A DNA stretch of 64,000 nucleotides from an uncultured Gemmatimonadales bacterium (GCA_963795085.1 CAWCFX010000001.1:1024001-1088000); one strand, 5' to 3'; positions 19,352 through 30,125 are shown, counted from the first letter of the stretch. Program-made: numbers and translations. The notes: generated from the sequence alone by a model not told the origin.

Positions 19352-20404
19352 ATGGCTCCAGACGAAAGCCGCCTCGACGCCGATCGGCGCAAGGCTCTGA
19401 ACCTCGCTATCGCTCAGATCGAAAAGCAGTTAGGGAAGGGTTCCATCATGCGGATGGGGTCCGAGACCCCCCGGGTGAGGGTAGCGGCGATCCCGACCGG
19501 CGCCATCAACCTGGACGCGGCGATCGGCATTGGCGGGGTTCCCCGGGGCAGGATCACCGAGATCTACGGTCCCGAGTCCTCCGGCAAGACCACGCTCACC
19601 CTGCATCTCGCGGCCAACGTGCAGCGGGCCGGCGGGGTCGCTGCGTACGTCGATGCCGAGCATGCGCTCGATGTCGAGTATGCCCGAAAGCTGGGGGTGG
19701 ACGTGGACAACCTCCTGGTGTCCCAGCCGGATACCGGCGAGCAGGCGCTCGAGATCGTCGAGATCCTGGTCCGTTCCGGGGCGGTGGACCTGGTGGTGGT
19801 GGATTCCGTCGCCGCCCTGGTGCCCAAAGCGGAAATCGAAGGCGAGATGGGCGATAGCCACATGGGGTTGCAGGCCCGGCTCATGAGCCAGGCCCTCCGC
19901 AAGCTGGCCGGCGCCATCAACCGCTCCAACTGCGCGGTGGTTTTCATCAACCAGCTGCGCGAAAAGATCGGCGTGATGTTCGGCAACCCGGAAACCACGA
20001 CCGGCGGCAAGGCGCTCAAGTTCTACGCGTCGCTGCGGCTGGATATCCGGCGGATCGGGCCGGTCAAGGAGCGCGAGAACATCATCGGCAACCATGTGCG
20101 GGTCAAAGTGGTGAAGAACAAGGTGGCGCCGCCCTTCAAGCAGGCCGAGTTCGACGTGATGTTCGACGAGGGTATCAGCCACACTTCGCTCCTGGTGGAT
20201 ATTGCCGCGGAGGCGAACATCATCCAGAAGTCGGGCGCCTGGTATTCCTACGGCGACCAGCGGATCGGCCAGGGGCGGGAGAACGCCAAGCTCTTTCTCA
20301 AGGACAACGGCACCTTGCAGGTCGAGATCGAGCAGAAGGTCAAGGATTACCTGGGCGTCAAGAATTCCGGGGCGACGGCTGTCGCCGAGGAAGGGGATGA
20401 CTGA
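19352..20404 (+). CDS. recA: Recombinase A
   Basis: [54 protein letters not shown]. Confidence 0.99.
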   Translation: MAPDESRLDADRRKALNLAIAQIEKQLGKGSIMRMGSETPRVRVAAIPTGAINLDAAIGIGGVPRGRITEIYGPESSGKTTLTLHLAANVQRAGGVAAYVDAEHALDVEYARKLGVDVDNLLVSQPDTGEQALEIVEILVRSGAVDLVVVDSVAALVPKAEIEGEMGDSHMGLQARLMSQALRKLAGAINRSNCAVVFINQLREKIGVMFGNPETTTGGKALKFYASLRLDIRRIGPVKERENIIGNHVRVKVVKNKVAPPFKQAEFDVMFDEGISHTSLLVDIAAEANIIQKSGAWYSYGDQRIGQGRENAKLFLKDNGTLQVEIEQKVKDYLGVKNSGATAVAEEGDD

Positions 20405-21032
20405 CCCGGACGTCCTCACCGGGCTGGATGCCGAGACCCGGGGGGCTGGTGCCCTCCGGGTCCAGGTCAATGGCAAGTCGTTCGGGGCCATTCCGCTCGT
20501 CGCGGCCCGGGAGTTGGGTCTCCGGGTTGGCATGGTGGTGGACGAATCGCTCCGGCTTCGACTCTGCGAGGCGGCAGATGCCCAGGCTGCGTACCGGTTT
20601 ATTCTCGCGGCGCTGGGCCGCCGGGGCTTTGCCCGGCGGGACCTGGAGCGCCGGCTGGTCCATCGGGGTCACCCGGCTTCCGCGGCCCGGGCGGCCATCG
20701 AGCGGGCCGCCGCGGCGGGACTGCTCGACGATCGGGTGTTCGCGCAGGCCTACGCCGAGGCCAAGTCGGGCCGGGGCCGCGGCCCGGCTCGCCTGTTACG
20801 TGATCTGTTCTCGATGGGGGTGGATCGCGCGGTGGCCGAAGAGGCGGTGGCGGCTGCGTGGCAGAAAGCGGATTCCGTCGTGGCCGCCTCCCGGGCCCTG
20901 GCCGAGAAACGGGCGGCCCAGCTGGGCGCCTTGCCGCTGCCCGTCAAGCGGCGCCGCCTGCTCGCCTACCTGGCCCGCCGGGGCTTTACCGGCCGCGAGG
21001 TGCGCCAGATCGTACAGGCCCTGGCGAGCTGA
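20397..21032 (+). CDS. recX: Regulatory protein RecX
   Basis: Directly follows rec[28 protein letters not shown]. Confidence 0.88.
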   Translation: MTDPDVLTGLDAETRGAGALRVQVNGKSFGAIPLVAARELGLRVGMVVDESLRLRLCEAADAQAAYRFILAALGRRGFARRDLERRLVHRGHPASAARAAIERAAAAGLLDDRVFAQAYAEAKSGRGRGPARLLRDLFSMGVDRAVAEEAVAAAWQKADSVVAASRALAEKRAAQLGALPLPVKRRRLLAYLARRGFTGREVRQIVQALAS

Positions 21033-21038
21033 CCGCGG

Positions 21039-21572
21039 TCAGGGTATGCAGGTCTCGCAGGCTCCCGGCGGTTCTTCCGTGATCCGCCAGGTACCTTGGG
21101 CCAGCCCGGTGGTATCGGATCGGGTGTCCAGCGGCTGGCATGTCCATTCGCCCGCGGCCAGGCCGGGGGCGCCCATCCGCCCCGCGAAGAGCGACTGCTG
21201 ATCCCAGAACCGGCTGTCGCCGGGCGGGAACGGATGCAGGTATCCCAGCTCAATGCTGTCCCCCGGCAGTACCTTCACCAGGAATTCCCCGCCTGCGTCC
21301 GCCCAGAATACCTCTCCCGAGCCATCCACCTGCAGGTGGGCCCGGTACGCCTCTCCCCCGAAGAACCCGACATACTCGCTGGCCTGGCTGGTCTCCCGCC
21401 GGGTCCTGACTTCGTAGATGTAGGACAGCCGGCAGTCGATCGTGTCGCCGCTGGCGGCTTCGGCCACGAAATAGAACCGCGCCGGGAGATCGCCGGTGAT
21501 GCCCGGGCCCCCGGCCTCGCCGCATCCGGCGCTCATGCCCAGGGCCAGCAGACTGGAGACCATGATACGCAT
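21039..21572 (-). CDS. Hypothetical lipoprotein
   Basis: Signal peptide with lipobox-like SAGC (MRIMVSSLLALGMSAGC), then a beta-rich, aromatic-rich domain; fills the recX-alaS gap. Confidence 0.6.
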   Translation of the reverse strand: MRIMVSSLLALGMSAGCGEAGGPGITGDLPARFYFVAEAASGDTIDCRLSYIYEVRTRRETSQASEYVGFFGGEAYRAHLQVDGSGEVFWADAGGEFLVKVLPGDSIELGYLHPFPPGDSRFWDQQSLFAGRMGAPGLAAGEWTCQPLDTRSDTTGLAQGTWRITEEPPGACETCIP

Positions 21573-21701
21573 CGGTTCCACCTTCGCGGGTTGGAGGTAC
21601 TTCCAAGACTTCGATAGGGTTGGCTCGGTCACATTCGTCCACCGTTCCGGGCCGGGCGTGACGGGTCGCCCTGACCCCTGACCCGCAGTATATTCCGCTC
21701 C

Positions 21702-24326
21702 ATGCAAGCGAGCCATATCCGGCGTCTTTTTCTCGACTTTTTCGTCGCGTACGGGCACCGAGAGGTGCCTTCGTCGTCATTGGTCCCGGCCGACGACCCG
21801 ACCCTCCTCTTCACCAATGCGGGGATGGTCCAGTTCAAGCGGGTATTCCAGGGCCAGGAGCAGCGCGACTATGTCCGCGCGGCCACGGTGCAGAAATGCG
21901 TGCGGGCCGGCGGCAAGCACAACGATCTGGAACAGGTCGGCCTTACCCGCCGGCACCATACCTTCTTTGAAATGCTCGGGAATTTTTCCTTCGGCGACTA
22001 TTTCAAGAAGGAGGCGATTGCCTACGCCTGGGAGTTCGTGACCAGCGCGAAGTACCTGGGCATCCCTGCGGACCGGCTGCGGGTCACGGTGCACCATACC
22101 GACGACGAGGCGCGGGCCCTCTGGCGGGAGGTGGCGGCGCTGCCCGACCACCGGATCTACGGCCTGGGCGACAAGGACAACTTCTGGCAGATGGGAGACA
22201 CCGGTCCCTGCGGTCCCTGCAGCGAGATCTACGTCGACCTGGAATGGAAGCCCGGCTCTGCGCCGGCCGAGATTCCCCAGGCTGAATTCGAGCACCAGGC
22301 GGAGGCCGGCCGTTTCCTCGAAATCTGGAACCTGGTCTTCATGCAGTTCGACCGCTCGAGCGATGGCACCCTGGTGCCGCTGCCCCGGCCTTCGGTCGAT
22401 ACCGGCGCCGGGTTCGAGCGGATCGCCGCGGTCCTCCAGGGCGAGGACGACAACTTTCACACCGACCTGTTCCTGCCGGTGTTCCGCGAGGCGGAACGGC
22501 TGATCGGGCGGCCCTACGGACGCACCGCAACGGGAGAGGATGTCTCGTTCCGGGTGCTGGCCGATCACGCCCGGGCGGTGGCCTTTCTGCTGGCCGACGG
22601 GGTCTATCCCAGCAACGAGGGACGCGGCTATGTCCTGCGGCGGATCCTGCGCCGGGCGGTCCGCCACGCCTGGCTGCTGGGGCGGCGGGAGCCCACCCTG
22701 GCGCCGCTCACCACGGCGGTGGTCCGGGAGATGGGTACCGCCTACCCCGCGCTCAGCGCCAGGAGTGACTACATCGCCAGGGTCGCCCGCACTGAAGAAG
22801 AGCGGTTCCTTGAGACGATCGAGGGCGGACTCAGGCGCCTGGACGAAATCGTGGCCAGCGGCGCCCGGAATATTCCTGGCGACGAGGCCTTCAAGCTGTA
22901 CGATACCTTCGGCTTTCCCATCGACCTGACCGAGATCGTCGCGCGGGAACACGGCCTCACCGTGGATCTGCCGGGGTTCGACATCGCGCTGGAGGCGCAA
23001 CGGAGCCGGTCCCGCGCCGCGCGGAAGGGCGCTGCGGGGCAGTCCGCGGCCGTCCACACCGGCGACGCCGGGGCCTGGCGGACCCTCAAGGACGAGCCCC
23101 AGCGTTTCGTGGGCTACGAACGCACCGAGGCCGATACCGAGATCCTCGCGTTCCGCCAGGAAGGCTCCCGGGTGGATCTCCTGCTCCGGGAGAACCCGTT
23201 CTACGCCGAATCGGGCGGGCAGGTGAGCGACACCGGGGTGGTGACCGGCGAGGACTGGGCGCTCCCCATCGAGAGCGTTGCCAGGGACCCCCGGGGGACC
23301 GTGGTGTCGGGCACCTTCGCGGACAGTTTCGAGCCGGCGCCGCTGGAGGCGGCGGTGGATGTCTCCCGCCGGCGGAGCATCGAGCGCAACCACAGCGCCA
23401 CCCACCTGGTGCACGCGGCGCTCCGGCGAATATTAGGAAGCCACGTGCGGCAGCAGGGCTCGCTGGTGGAGCCGGACCGGCTGCGCTTCGATTTTTCCCA
23501 CCACGGGCCTATCGAGCCTGATGTCCTGCAGGCCATCGAACGGGACGTCAACGAGCAGGTGCTGGAGAATGCCCTGGTGGAGACGCGGGAAATGCCCTAT
23601 CCCGAGGCGCTCAAGCTGGGGGCCATGGCCTTCTTTTCCGAGAAGTACGGCGACCGGGTCCGGGTGGTCACCATGGGCGATTCCATCGAACTGTGCGGCG
23701 GGACCCATGTGCGCAGCACCGGCCAGATCGGGCTCTTCCGGCTGTCGGGGCAAGGCGGTGTCGCGGCGGGCGTCCGCCGCCTCGAGGCGGTGACCGGGAC
23801 CGGCGCCTACCGCGCGGTGCTGGAGCTGCAGCACCGGCTCCGGCAGGTCGCGGAAACGCTGAAGGCGCAGCCGGACCAGCTGCTCCGCCGGACCGAGCAA
23901 CTCCTCGAGGATAAGTTGCGGCTGGAAAGCCGGCTGGCCGACGCGCTCAAGGCCGGCGGAGCGGCGATCCCGGCGGGCGAGGTCATCACGATCAACGAGG
24001 TGGCCGTCACGGTGGGCGATACCCAGCTCGAGAACCGGGACGAGGTGGCCGCGGCGGCGGACGCATTCCGGAACGGGCGGAGCGGCGCGGTGCTCATCCT
24101 GTTCAACGGGGCCGGCCGGGGCGCGGTGCACGTGGCCGTCACCGACGACCTGGTCAAGGCGGGGCGCAAGGCCGGCGACCTCGCGAGCCGCCTGGCCGCG
24201 GTGAGCGGCGGACGGGGAGGCGGCCGTCCCCCGTTCGCTTCCGCCGGGCTGGGCGATCCGGCCCGGCTTCCCGCCGTTCGTGCCGCGGTTCCGGCGCTGG
24301 TGGCCGAATGGCTGGGGCCCCGGTGA
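21702..24326 (+). CDS. alaS: Alanine--tRNA ligase
   Basis: DPTLLFTNAGMVQFK, HHTFFEMLGNFSFGDYFK, editing motifs HSATHL and ELCGGTH, C-Ala GGRGGGRP. Confidence 0.98.
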   Translation: MQASHIRRLFLDFFVAYGHREVPSSSLVPADDPTLLFTNAGMVQFKRVFQGQEQRDYVRAATVQKCVRAGGKHNDLEQVGLTRRHHTFFEMLGNFSFGDYFKKEAIAYAWEFVTSAKYLGIPADRLRVTVHHTDDEARALWREVAALPDHRIYGLGDKDNFWQMGDTGPCGPCSEIYVDLEWKPGSAPAEIPQAEFEHQAEAGRFLEIWNLVFMQFDRSSDGTLVPLPRPSVDTGAGFERIAAVLQGEDDNFHTDLFLPVFREAERLIGRPYGRTATGEDVSFRVLADHARAVAFLLADGVYPSNEGRGYVLRRILRRAVRHAWLLGRREPTLAPLTTAVVREMGTAYPALSARSDYIARVARTEEERFLETIEGGLRRLDEIVASGARNIPGDEAFKLYDTFGFPIDLTEIVAREHGLTVDLPGFDIALEAQRSRSRAARKGAAGQSAAVHTGDAGAWRTLKDEPQRFVGYERTEADTEILAFRQEGSRVDLLLRENPFYAESGGQVSDTGVVTGEDWALPIESVARDPRGTVVSGTFADSFEPAPLEAAVDVSRRRSIERNHSATHLVHAALRRILGSHVRQQGSLVEPDRLRFDFSHHGPIEPDVLQAIERDVNEQVLENALVETREMPYPEALKLGAMAFFSEKYGDRVRVVTMGDSIELCGGTHVRSTGQIGLFRLSGQGGVAAGVRRLEAVTGTGAYRAVLELQHRLRQVAETLKAQPDQLLRRTEQLLEDKLRLESRLADALKAGGAAIPAGEVITINEVAVTVGDTQLENRDEVAAAADAFRNGRSGAVLILFNGAGRGAVHVAVTDDLVKAGRKAGDLASRLAAVSGGRGGGRPPFASAGLGDPARLPAVRAAVPALVAEWLGPR

Positions 24327-24619
24327 GTGACTGGCTCGACCGGCACTCGCGGTCGGCGCCGGCCGCCCTTCTGGAGCGGGTCCGCTTCCATATCGCCGCC
24401 GTGGAGCGCCGCGGTTCCGAAGCCGAAGTCCTGGCCCGGGCCAGCCACCACGCGCTCCACCTCGTGGCCGCCCACCCCGACATGGGGCGCTCGGTCGCGC
24501 TCGACCTGCTCGCGGCCGACGCGCTGATCACGCTGGCCCTCCTGCACCAGGCCGAGGCGGCACCCGCCGGCCTGGAGGCGTTTGCCGCGGCGCTGCTGCA
24601 GGTGCCATCCGCGGCATGA
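24323..24619 (+). CDS. Hypothetical helical protein
   Basis: GTGA and ATGA overlaps with alaS and the next gene; ALDLLAADALITLALL helix. Confidence 0.6.
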   Translation: MSDWLDRHSRSAPAALLERVRFHIAAVERRGSEAEVLARASHHALHLVAAHPDMGRSVALDLLAADALITLALLHQAEAAPAGLEAFAAALLQVPSAA

Positions 24620-25380
24620 TCGACCTTCACTGCCACCTGCTCCCCGCCGTGGACGACGGCTCCCGCTCCGTGGAGCAGTCCGTGGCCGTTCTCCGCGAGA
24701 TGGCCCGGCACGGTGTGCGCTCCGTCTGCCTCACCCCGCACCAGCTGGCGAGCCAGTTGAACCGGGGACTTCCCACCGCGCACGACGGCGCGTTCGAAGC
24801 CCTGCGGGCCGAGGCACCCGAGACGCCCTCGCTCTCCCGCGGGCTCGAAGTCATGCTGGACGGGCCCCTGGACGCCGCGGTGGGCCGGGAACGGCGGGGC
24901 ACCCTGGGGGGGTCCCGCTATATCCTGGTCGAATTTCCCCGGATGGTTTCCCGCGGCGCGGTACTCAAGGCGCTGGCCGACGTGGTGGCCATCGGGCTGA
25001 TCCCCCTGGTGGCCCATCCGGAGCGGTACAGCTGCTGCACCCCGGAGACGGTGCGGGCCTGGCGCGACCTCGGTGCCCGGATGCAGATCGACGCCACGAC
25101 GCTGGTCTCATCGCGCCCCCGGGGGGGCCGGGCCCGCGAGCTGGTGACCTGGGGGCTGGGCGATATCATCGCCGCCGACAATCATGGCGACGGGCGGCTC
25201 ATCGCCACCGGGTTCCACCTGCTCGCCGAGCGGGGCGGCAACCTGCAGGCGGAACTGCTTGCCACCCACAACCCGATGCGCATACTGGAAGACAGCGAGC
25301 TGCTACCGGTGCCCCCGCTCGCTCTGCATGACACCTGGTGGCGGCGCATCCGTTCCGTCTTCGAGCAGCAGGGAGGATAG
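24616..25380 (+). CDS. CpsB/YwqE-type PHP protein-tyrosine phosphatase
   Basis: IDLHCHLLPAVDDGS, LTPH, ILVEFP, AHPERY, AADNH. Confidence 0.88.
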   Translation: MIDLHCHLLPAVDDGSRSVEQSVAVLREMARHGVRSVCLTPHQLASQLNRGLPTAHDGAFEALRAEAPETPSLSRGLEVMLDGPLDAAVGRERRGTLGGSRYILVEFPRMVSRGAVLKALADVVAIGLIPLVAHPERYSCCTPETVRAWRDLGARMQIDATTLVSSRPRGGRARELVTWGLGDIIAADNHGDGRLIATGFHLLAERGGNLQAELLATHNPMRILEDSELLPVPPLALHDTWWRRIRSVFEQQGG

Positions 25381-25382
25381 CC

Positions 25383-25964
25383 ATGGATCCCCATTACCTG
25401 GCCGGCGAATTCGAAGCCCGGGCCGCCCTGGCCCGGCGGATGGGGGCGATGGCGGAGGCGATCGTCTCGCTGGCCCGGCGCTACGTCCGGGTCCTGCGGG
25501 AAGGCGGCACCCTCTACTTCGCGGGCAACGGCGGCAGCGCCGCGGATGCCCAGCACATCGCGACCGAGTACGTGGTGCGGTACCGGCGGAATCGCCGCGC
25601 CATGGCCGCCGTGGCGCTCACCACCGATACCTCGCTCCTCACCGCGGCGGGCAATGACCTCGGATTCGACGAGGTGTTTGCCCGGCAGGTGGAGGCGCTC
25701 TGCCGGCCCGGCGATCTCCTGGTGCTGCACAGCACCAGCGGGGAAAGCCGGAACCTGGTACGCGCGGCCGAGGCGGCCCGCACCGGTGGCGTCGCCACGG
25801 CGGCCCTGCTGGGCCGCGGCGGCGGTGCGCTCAAGGGCCTGGTGGACGAGGCGCTGGTGGTCCCATCCGACGTGGCCAGCCACATCCAGGAGGTCCACCT
25901 CGCCGTGGAGCACCTGATCGTCGAACTGGTGGAGGACGCGCTGGTCGAGGGAGACAGCGCATGA
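25383..25964 (+). CDS. gmhA: Phosphoheptose isomerase (SIS domain)
   Basis: GNGGSAADAQH, TAAGNDLGFDEVFARQVEA, STSGES, IQEVHL. Confidence 0.9.
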   Translation: MDPHYLAGEFEARAALARRMGAMAEAIVSLARRYVRVLREGGTLYFAGNGGSAADAQHIATEYVVRYRRNRRAMAAVALTTDTSLLTAAGNDLGFDEVFARQVEALCRPGDLLVLHSTSGESRNLVRAAEAARTGGVATAALLGRGGGALKGLVDEALVVPSDVASHIQEVHLAVEHLIVELVEDALVEGDSA

Positions 25965-26710
25965 TCGATCTCCGCGGCCGGGCCGCGCTGGTGACCGGTG
26001 GCAACCGGGGCATCGGACGGGCGGTGGCGCTGCTGCTGGCCCGGGCCGGCGCCAACGTCGGGATCAGCTGCCGCAGCCGGATGGCGGAAGCCGACGCGGT
26101 TGCCGCGGAGGTCCGGGCGATGGGCCGGAAGGCGCATGCCGCGGCGGGAGACCTGGCCGATGAAGCCGCCGCCGAGCGGATCGCCGCGGAGTGCCGGGAC
26201 GCCCTGGGCGGACTCGACATCTTCGTGGGAAACGCCGGGATCTGGCCGCCGGACGAGGTTCCCCTGCGGGATCTTTCCGCCGGGCGGTGGCGGGAAACCA
26301 TGGCCGCCAACCTCGACGGCATCTTCTACTCCACCCGCGCCGCTCTCCGGCGGATGGACCGGGGCGCGGTGGTGCTGATCGCCAGCACGGCGGGCCAGCG
26401 GGGCGAGGCCTTCCACGCCGACTACGGCGCCTCCAAGGGCGCCGTCATCGCGCTGGTCAAGTCGCTGGCGGTCGAATGCGCCCCCCGGATCACGGTTAAC
26501 GCGGTGGCCCCGGGCTGGGTGGACACCGAGATGTGCATACCCGCCTTCGCGGGAGGCAACGGCGAGCGGATCGCCGCCGGTATTCCGCTGGGCCGCATCG
26601 CCAGCGCCGAGGATATCGCGGGGCCGGTGGTGTTTCTGTGCAGCGACCTTGCCCGCCATATGACCGGCGAAATCGTCAACGTCAACGGGGGGAGCGTGCT
26701 GTGCGGATGA
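25961..26710 (+). CDS. SDR family oxidoreductase
   Basis: TGGNRGIG, NAG, YGASK, VNAVAPG. Confidence 0.9.
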   Translation: MIDLRGRAALVTGGNRGIGRAVALLLARAGANVGISCRSRMAEADAVAAEVRAMGRKAHAAAGDLADEAAAERIAAECRDALGGLDIFVGNAGIWPPDEVPLRDLSAGRWRETMAANLDGIFYSTRAALRRMDRGAVVLIASTAGQRGEAFHADYGASKGAVIALVKSLAVECAPRITVNAVAPGWVDTEMCIPAFAGGNGERIAAGIPLGRIASAEDIAGPVVFLCSDLARHMTGEIVNVNGGSVLCG

Positions 26711-26805
26711 CCCGCCGTGACCCGTGGCCGGTGACCGGGAACCGAGTGCCTCACCTGCCGTTTGTCACCGGGGACTCCCCGCGGCCCACCCCGTACTGAC
26801 CGATC

Positions 26806-28008
26806 ATGCAATTTCCCTCCACGCTCGCCGTCCCGCCGGAAGTCCTGGACATCGCCACTCAGCTCGAGGAGGCGGGCCACCAGGCATGGTGTGTCGGCGG
26901 TGCCCTCCGGGATGCGCTCCTGGGCCTGAGCCAGTCCGACTTCGATATCGCCACCTCCGCGACCCCGGAGGAAGTGCAGGCGCTGTTTCGCCGCACGGTC
27001 CCCGTGGGCATCAAGTTCGGGACGGTGGGCGTGCTGGACGGGCGGCGCCGGCTGCACGAGGTGACCACCTTCCGGCGCGACGTCTCCACCGATGGCCGCC
27101 GGGCGGTGGTCGCTTATGGCGCATCCCTGGAGGAGGACCTGGCCCGGCGGGACTTCACCATCAACGCGATCGCCTATCACCCGCTGCGCCACGAATGGCG
27201 GGACCCGTTCACCGGCGCCATTGACCTGGCCCGGCGCCGGCTCCGGGCGGTGGGCGACGCCGGCGAGCGGTTCCGCGAGGACTATCTTCGCATCCTGCGC
27301 TGTGCCCGGTTTGCCGCCCGGCTGGGCTTTACCGTGGAGCAGGACACCTGGGAGGCGGCGGTCGCCGCCTCGGATGGGCTGCCGTCCCTATCCGCCGAGC
27401 GGGTGCGCGACGAATGGTATAAGAGCCTGGAGACCGCGAAGGACCTGGAGCGGATGGCGGGGCTCTGGAGCCGGATCGGCGCCGCCGCGCATTGGTTTCC
27501 TGAACTGCGGGGGCCGGATGAGCGGCAGGATATCGATGTGCTGCAGGGCCTTCGCGACCGGGAATTTCCCCGTGACCCGGTGCTGCTGACGGCCTTACTC
27601 TGCCGCCAGCCGGCGGCGGTGCTCACCCGGCTCAAGGCAAGCCGGGCCGAGATTTCCCGGGCCGAGGCGCTGGAGCGCGCACCGGCCGCGCCGGTGAGTA
27701 ATGAGCACGCCGACGTGCGCCGCTGGCTGGCGCAGGTGGGCGACGCGGCACGTGACCTCACCGAGCTCTGGCGCCTCCGGCGCGGGAGCTGGCCCACCTG
27801 GCGGGCCGTGATCGAGGTGGTTCGCGGCCGCGGCGACGCGACCGCGTTGCGGGACCTGGCGGTTACCGGGGAAGACCTGATCGCGGCCGGCTGCGTTCCG
27901 GGCCCCGAACTCGGGAAAACTCTCGCGCGGCTGCTGGAGCGGGTCCTCGAGGACCCCCGACTCAACTCCCGGGAAACCCTGCTGGCCCTGGCCAAGGACC
28001 ATTCCTGA
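26806..28008 (+). CDS. cca: tRNA nucleotidyltransferase (CCA-adding / poly(A) polymerase family)
   Basis: VGGALRD, DFDIAT, EVTTFR, EDLARRDFTINA, EDYLRILR, LSAERVRDE, LAVTGEDL..G..PGPELG. Confidence 0.85.
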   Translation: MQFPSTLAVPPEVLDIATQLEEAGHQAWCVGGALRDALLGLSQSDFDIATSATPEEVQALFRRTVPVGIKFGTVGVLDGRRRLHEVTTFRRDVSTDGRRAVVAYGASLEEDLARRDFTINAIAYHPLRHEWRDPFTGAIDLARRRLRAVGDAGERFREDYLRILRCARFAARLGFTVEQDTWEAAVAASDGLPSLSAERVRDEWYKSLETAKDLERMAGLWSRIGAAAHWFPELRGPDERQDIDVLQGLRDREFPRDPVLLTALLCRQPAAVLTRLKASRAEISRAEALERAPAAPVSNEHADVRRWLAQVGDAARDLTELWRLRRGSWPTWRAVIEVVRGRGDATALRDLAVTGEDLIAAGCVPGPELGKTLARLLERVLEDPRLNSRETLLALAKDHS

Positions 28009-28721
28009 GCCCCCTCCTGCTGGCCCTCGTGGCGGCATCCGCCAACCTCCTGGGCGCCTGGGCGGTCGTTCGGCGGGAACGGCGCAGCCTGGCGCTGATT
28101 GAAGCCTTCATCGCCTTCGGCGCCGGCTTCATGCTGGCCGTGGTCCTGATCGACATGCTGCCGGAGGTTTTCGCGGCCGACCCCGGCGCCGCCCTGTACG
28201 TCCTGCTCGGCTATTTCGCGGTGCACCTCGCCCAGCACGTCCTGATTCCCCATTTCCATTTCGGCGAAGAGACCCACCGGGTGTCTTCCTCGGCCGGCAT
28301 GTCGGCGCTGATCGGACTCCTGCTGCACACCTTCTTCGACGGCGTCGCCATTGCCAGCGGGTTCCTGGTCTCGCCTTCGTTGGGGATCCTGCTGTTCGTG
28401 GCGGTGTTCCTGCACAAGCTGCCGGAGGGCGTGACCATGGCGAGCCTGATGCTGGCGGGGGGGCAGAGCAAGTCCCGCGCGCTGGCGGCCGCCTCCACCC
28501 TGGGTCTCGCCACCGTGGCGGGGGTGTTGCTGACCGAGTATACCGCGCCCCTGGCCACCCACGGGCTCGCCATCGCCGCGGGAGTGACGCTCTACGTGGC
28601 GGCCTCCAACCTGGTCCCCGAGTTCCAGGCCAAGCGCACCTGGTGGATGCCGATCGCGTTCTTCGGGGGCGGCGCGGTGTTTTTCATTACCAAGGTGCTG
28701 GTGGAGCGGTGGGTGGGGTGA
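28005..28721 (+). CDS. ZIP family metal transporter
   Basis: GAGFML, HFHFGEETH, HTFFDG, LHKLPEG; probable CTG start at 28005 (AAGGA RBS, CTGA overlap with the upstream stop). Confidence 0.88.
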   Translation: MSPLLLALVAASANLLGAWAVVRRERRSLALIEAFIAFGAGFMLAVVLIDMLPEVFAADPGAALYVLLGYFAVHLAQHVLIPHFHFGEETHRVSSSAGMSALIGLLLHTFFDGVAIASGFLVSPSLGILLFVAVFLHKLPEGVTMASLMLAGGQSKSRALAAASTLGLATVAGVLLTEYTAPLATHGLAIAAGVTLYVAASNLVPEFQAKRTWWMPIAFFGGGAVFFITKVLVERWVG

Positions 28722-28782
28722 GGAAAAAGGGGGCCAGGGGCCAGTCGGCCGGGGGGCAGGCCGGCAGGATTAGATTTCCCGG

Positions 28783-30096
28783 ATGGCGAAGTCCTCTCCT
28801 TCCCTGTTCGCGCCTCCGGAGCCGCTGGCGGCCCGGCTTCGGCCCGGCACGCTCGACGATTTTGTGGGGCAGGAGGCCATCCTCGCCCCCGGGAAGCCGC
28901 TGGGCGATGCCATCCGCCGGGGAGACGTGGGCAGCGCCATCTTCTGGGGTCCCCCCGGGTCGGGCAAGACCACCCTCGCCCGCCTGATCGCCCACTATAC
29001 CGAGCGGGAGTTCGTCGGGTTCAGCGCGGTGACCGAGGGATTGCCCCGGGTGCGGGAGATCCTGAAAGAGGCCGAGGCCCGGCGCGACGGGCTGGGCCGG
29101 GGAACCATCCTGTTCTGCGACGAGATACATCGGTTCAACCGGGCCCAGCAGGACGCCTTCCTGCCGAGCGTCGAAAGCGGCGTGATCACGCTGATCGGCG
29201 CGACCACCGAAAACCCCAGCTTCGAACTGAACGCCGCGCTGCTGAGCCGGTGCCGGGTTTACGTGCTGCAGCCCCTCGGCACGGCGGACCTGCTGCTGGT
29301 GCTGGAGCGGGCGCTGGCCGACCCCGATCGCGGGCTGGGACCGCTCAGGCTCGCGGCGAGCCGCGAGGCGCTCGAGTTCCTGGCGGTCCAGGCCGACGGC
29401 GATGCCCGGCGGGCGCTGACCGTCCTGGAGGCCGCCGGGCTCCAGGCCGGCCCCGGCGGCGAACTGACGCGCGACCTTTTCGCCGATGTGCTGGCCCGCC
29501 GCCTTCCGGCCTACGACAAGAGCGGGGAGGGCCATTACAACCTGGTCTCGGCGCTGCACAAGGCGATCCGGGGCAGCGACCCGCAAGGGGCGCTCTACTG
29601 GCTGGCCCGGATGATCGAAGGGGGCGAAGACCCGTTGTTCCTGGCCCGCCGGCTGGTCCGCATGGCCGCGGAGGATATCGGGCTGGCCGACCCCCAGGCG
29701 CTCCAACTGGCCCTCGCCGCGAAAGACGCCTACCACTTCCTGGGATCGCCCGAGGGAGAACTGGGGCTGGCCCAGGCGGCGGTGTATTTGGCCACAGCGC
29801 CCAAGTCCAACACCGTGTATCGTGCATGGGGCGAGGCGTTGGAGGCGGCCCGGGAGACCCCGGCCGCCCCGGTGCCCCTGCATATCAGGAATGCCCCGAC
29901 CGGGCTGATGAAGGACCTGGGGTACGGCACCGGTTACCGGTATGCCCATGACTACGAGGGGGCCTACGTTCCCCAGGTCTACCTGCCGGACGAAATGGCC
30001 GGCCGGACCTTCTACCGTCCCGGCGGGCTGGGTTTCGAGAAAAAGATCCGGGAGCGGCTGGAGTTCTGGGCCAAACAGGTGAGAGGTGAGAAGTGA
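28783..30096 (+). CDS. rarA: Replication-associated recombination protein A (MgsA/RarA)
   Basis: [68 protein letters not shown]. Confidence 0.95.
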   Translation: MAKSSPSLFAPPEPLAARLRPGTLDDFVGQEAILAPGKPLGDAIRRGDVGSAIFWGPPGSGKTTLARLIAHYTEREFVGFSAVTEGLPRVREILKEAEARRDGLGRGTILFCDEIHRFNRAQQDAFLPSVESGVITLIGATTENPSFELNAALLSRCRVYVLQPLGTADLLLVLERALADPDRGLGPLRLAASREALEFLAVQADGDARRALTVLEAAGLQAGPGGELTRDLFADVLARRLPAYDKSGEGHYNLVSALHKAIRGSDPQGALYWLARMIEGGEDPLFLARRLVRMAAEDIGLADPQALQLALAAKDAYHFLGSPEGELGLAQAAVYLATAPKSNTVYRAWGEALEAARETPAAPVPLHIRNAPTGLMKDLGYGTGYRYAHDYEGAYVPQVYLPDEMAGRTFYRPGGLGFEKKIRERLEFWAKQVRGEK

Positions 30097-30125
30097 GAGG
30101 TGTTTTCCTCGAACATGGAGTGAAG

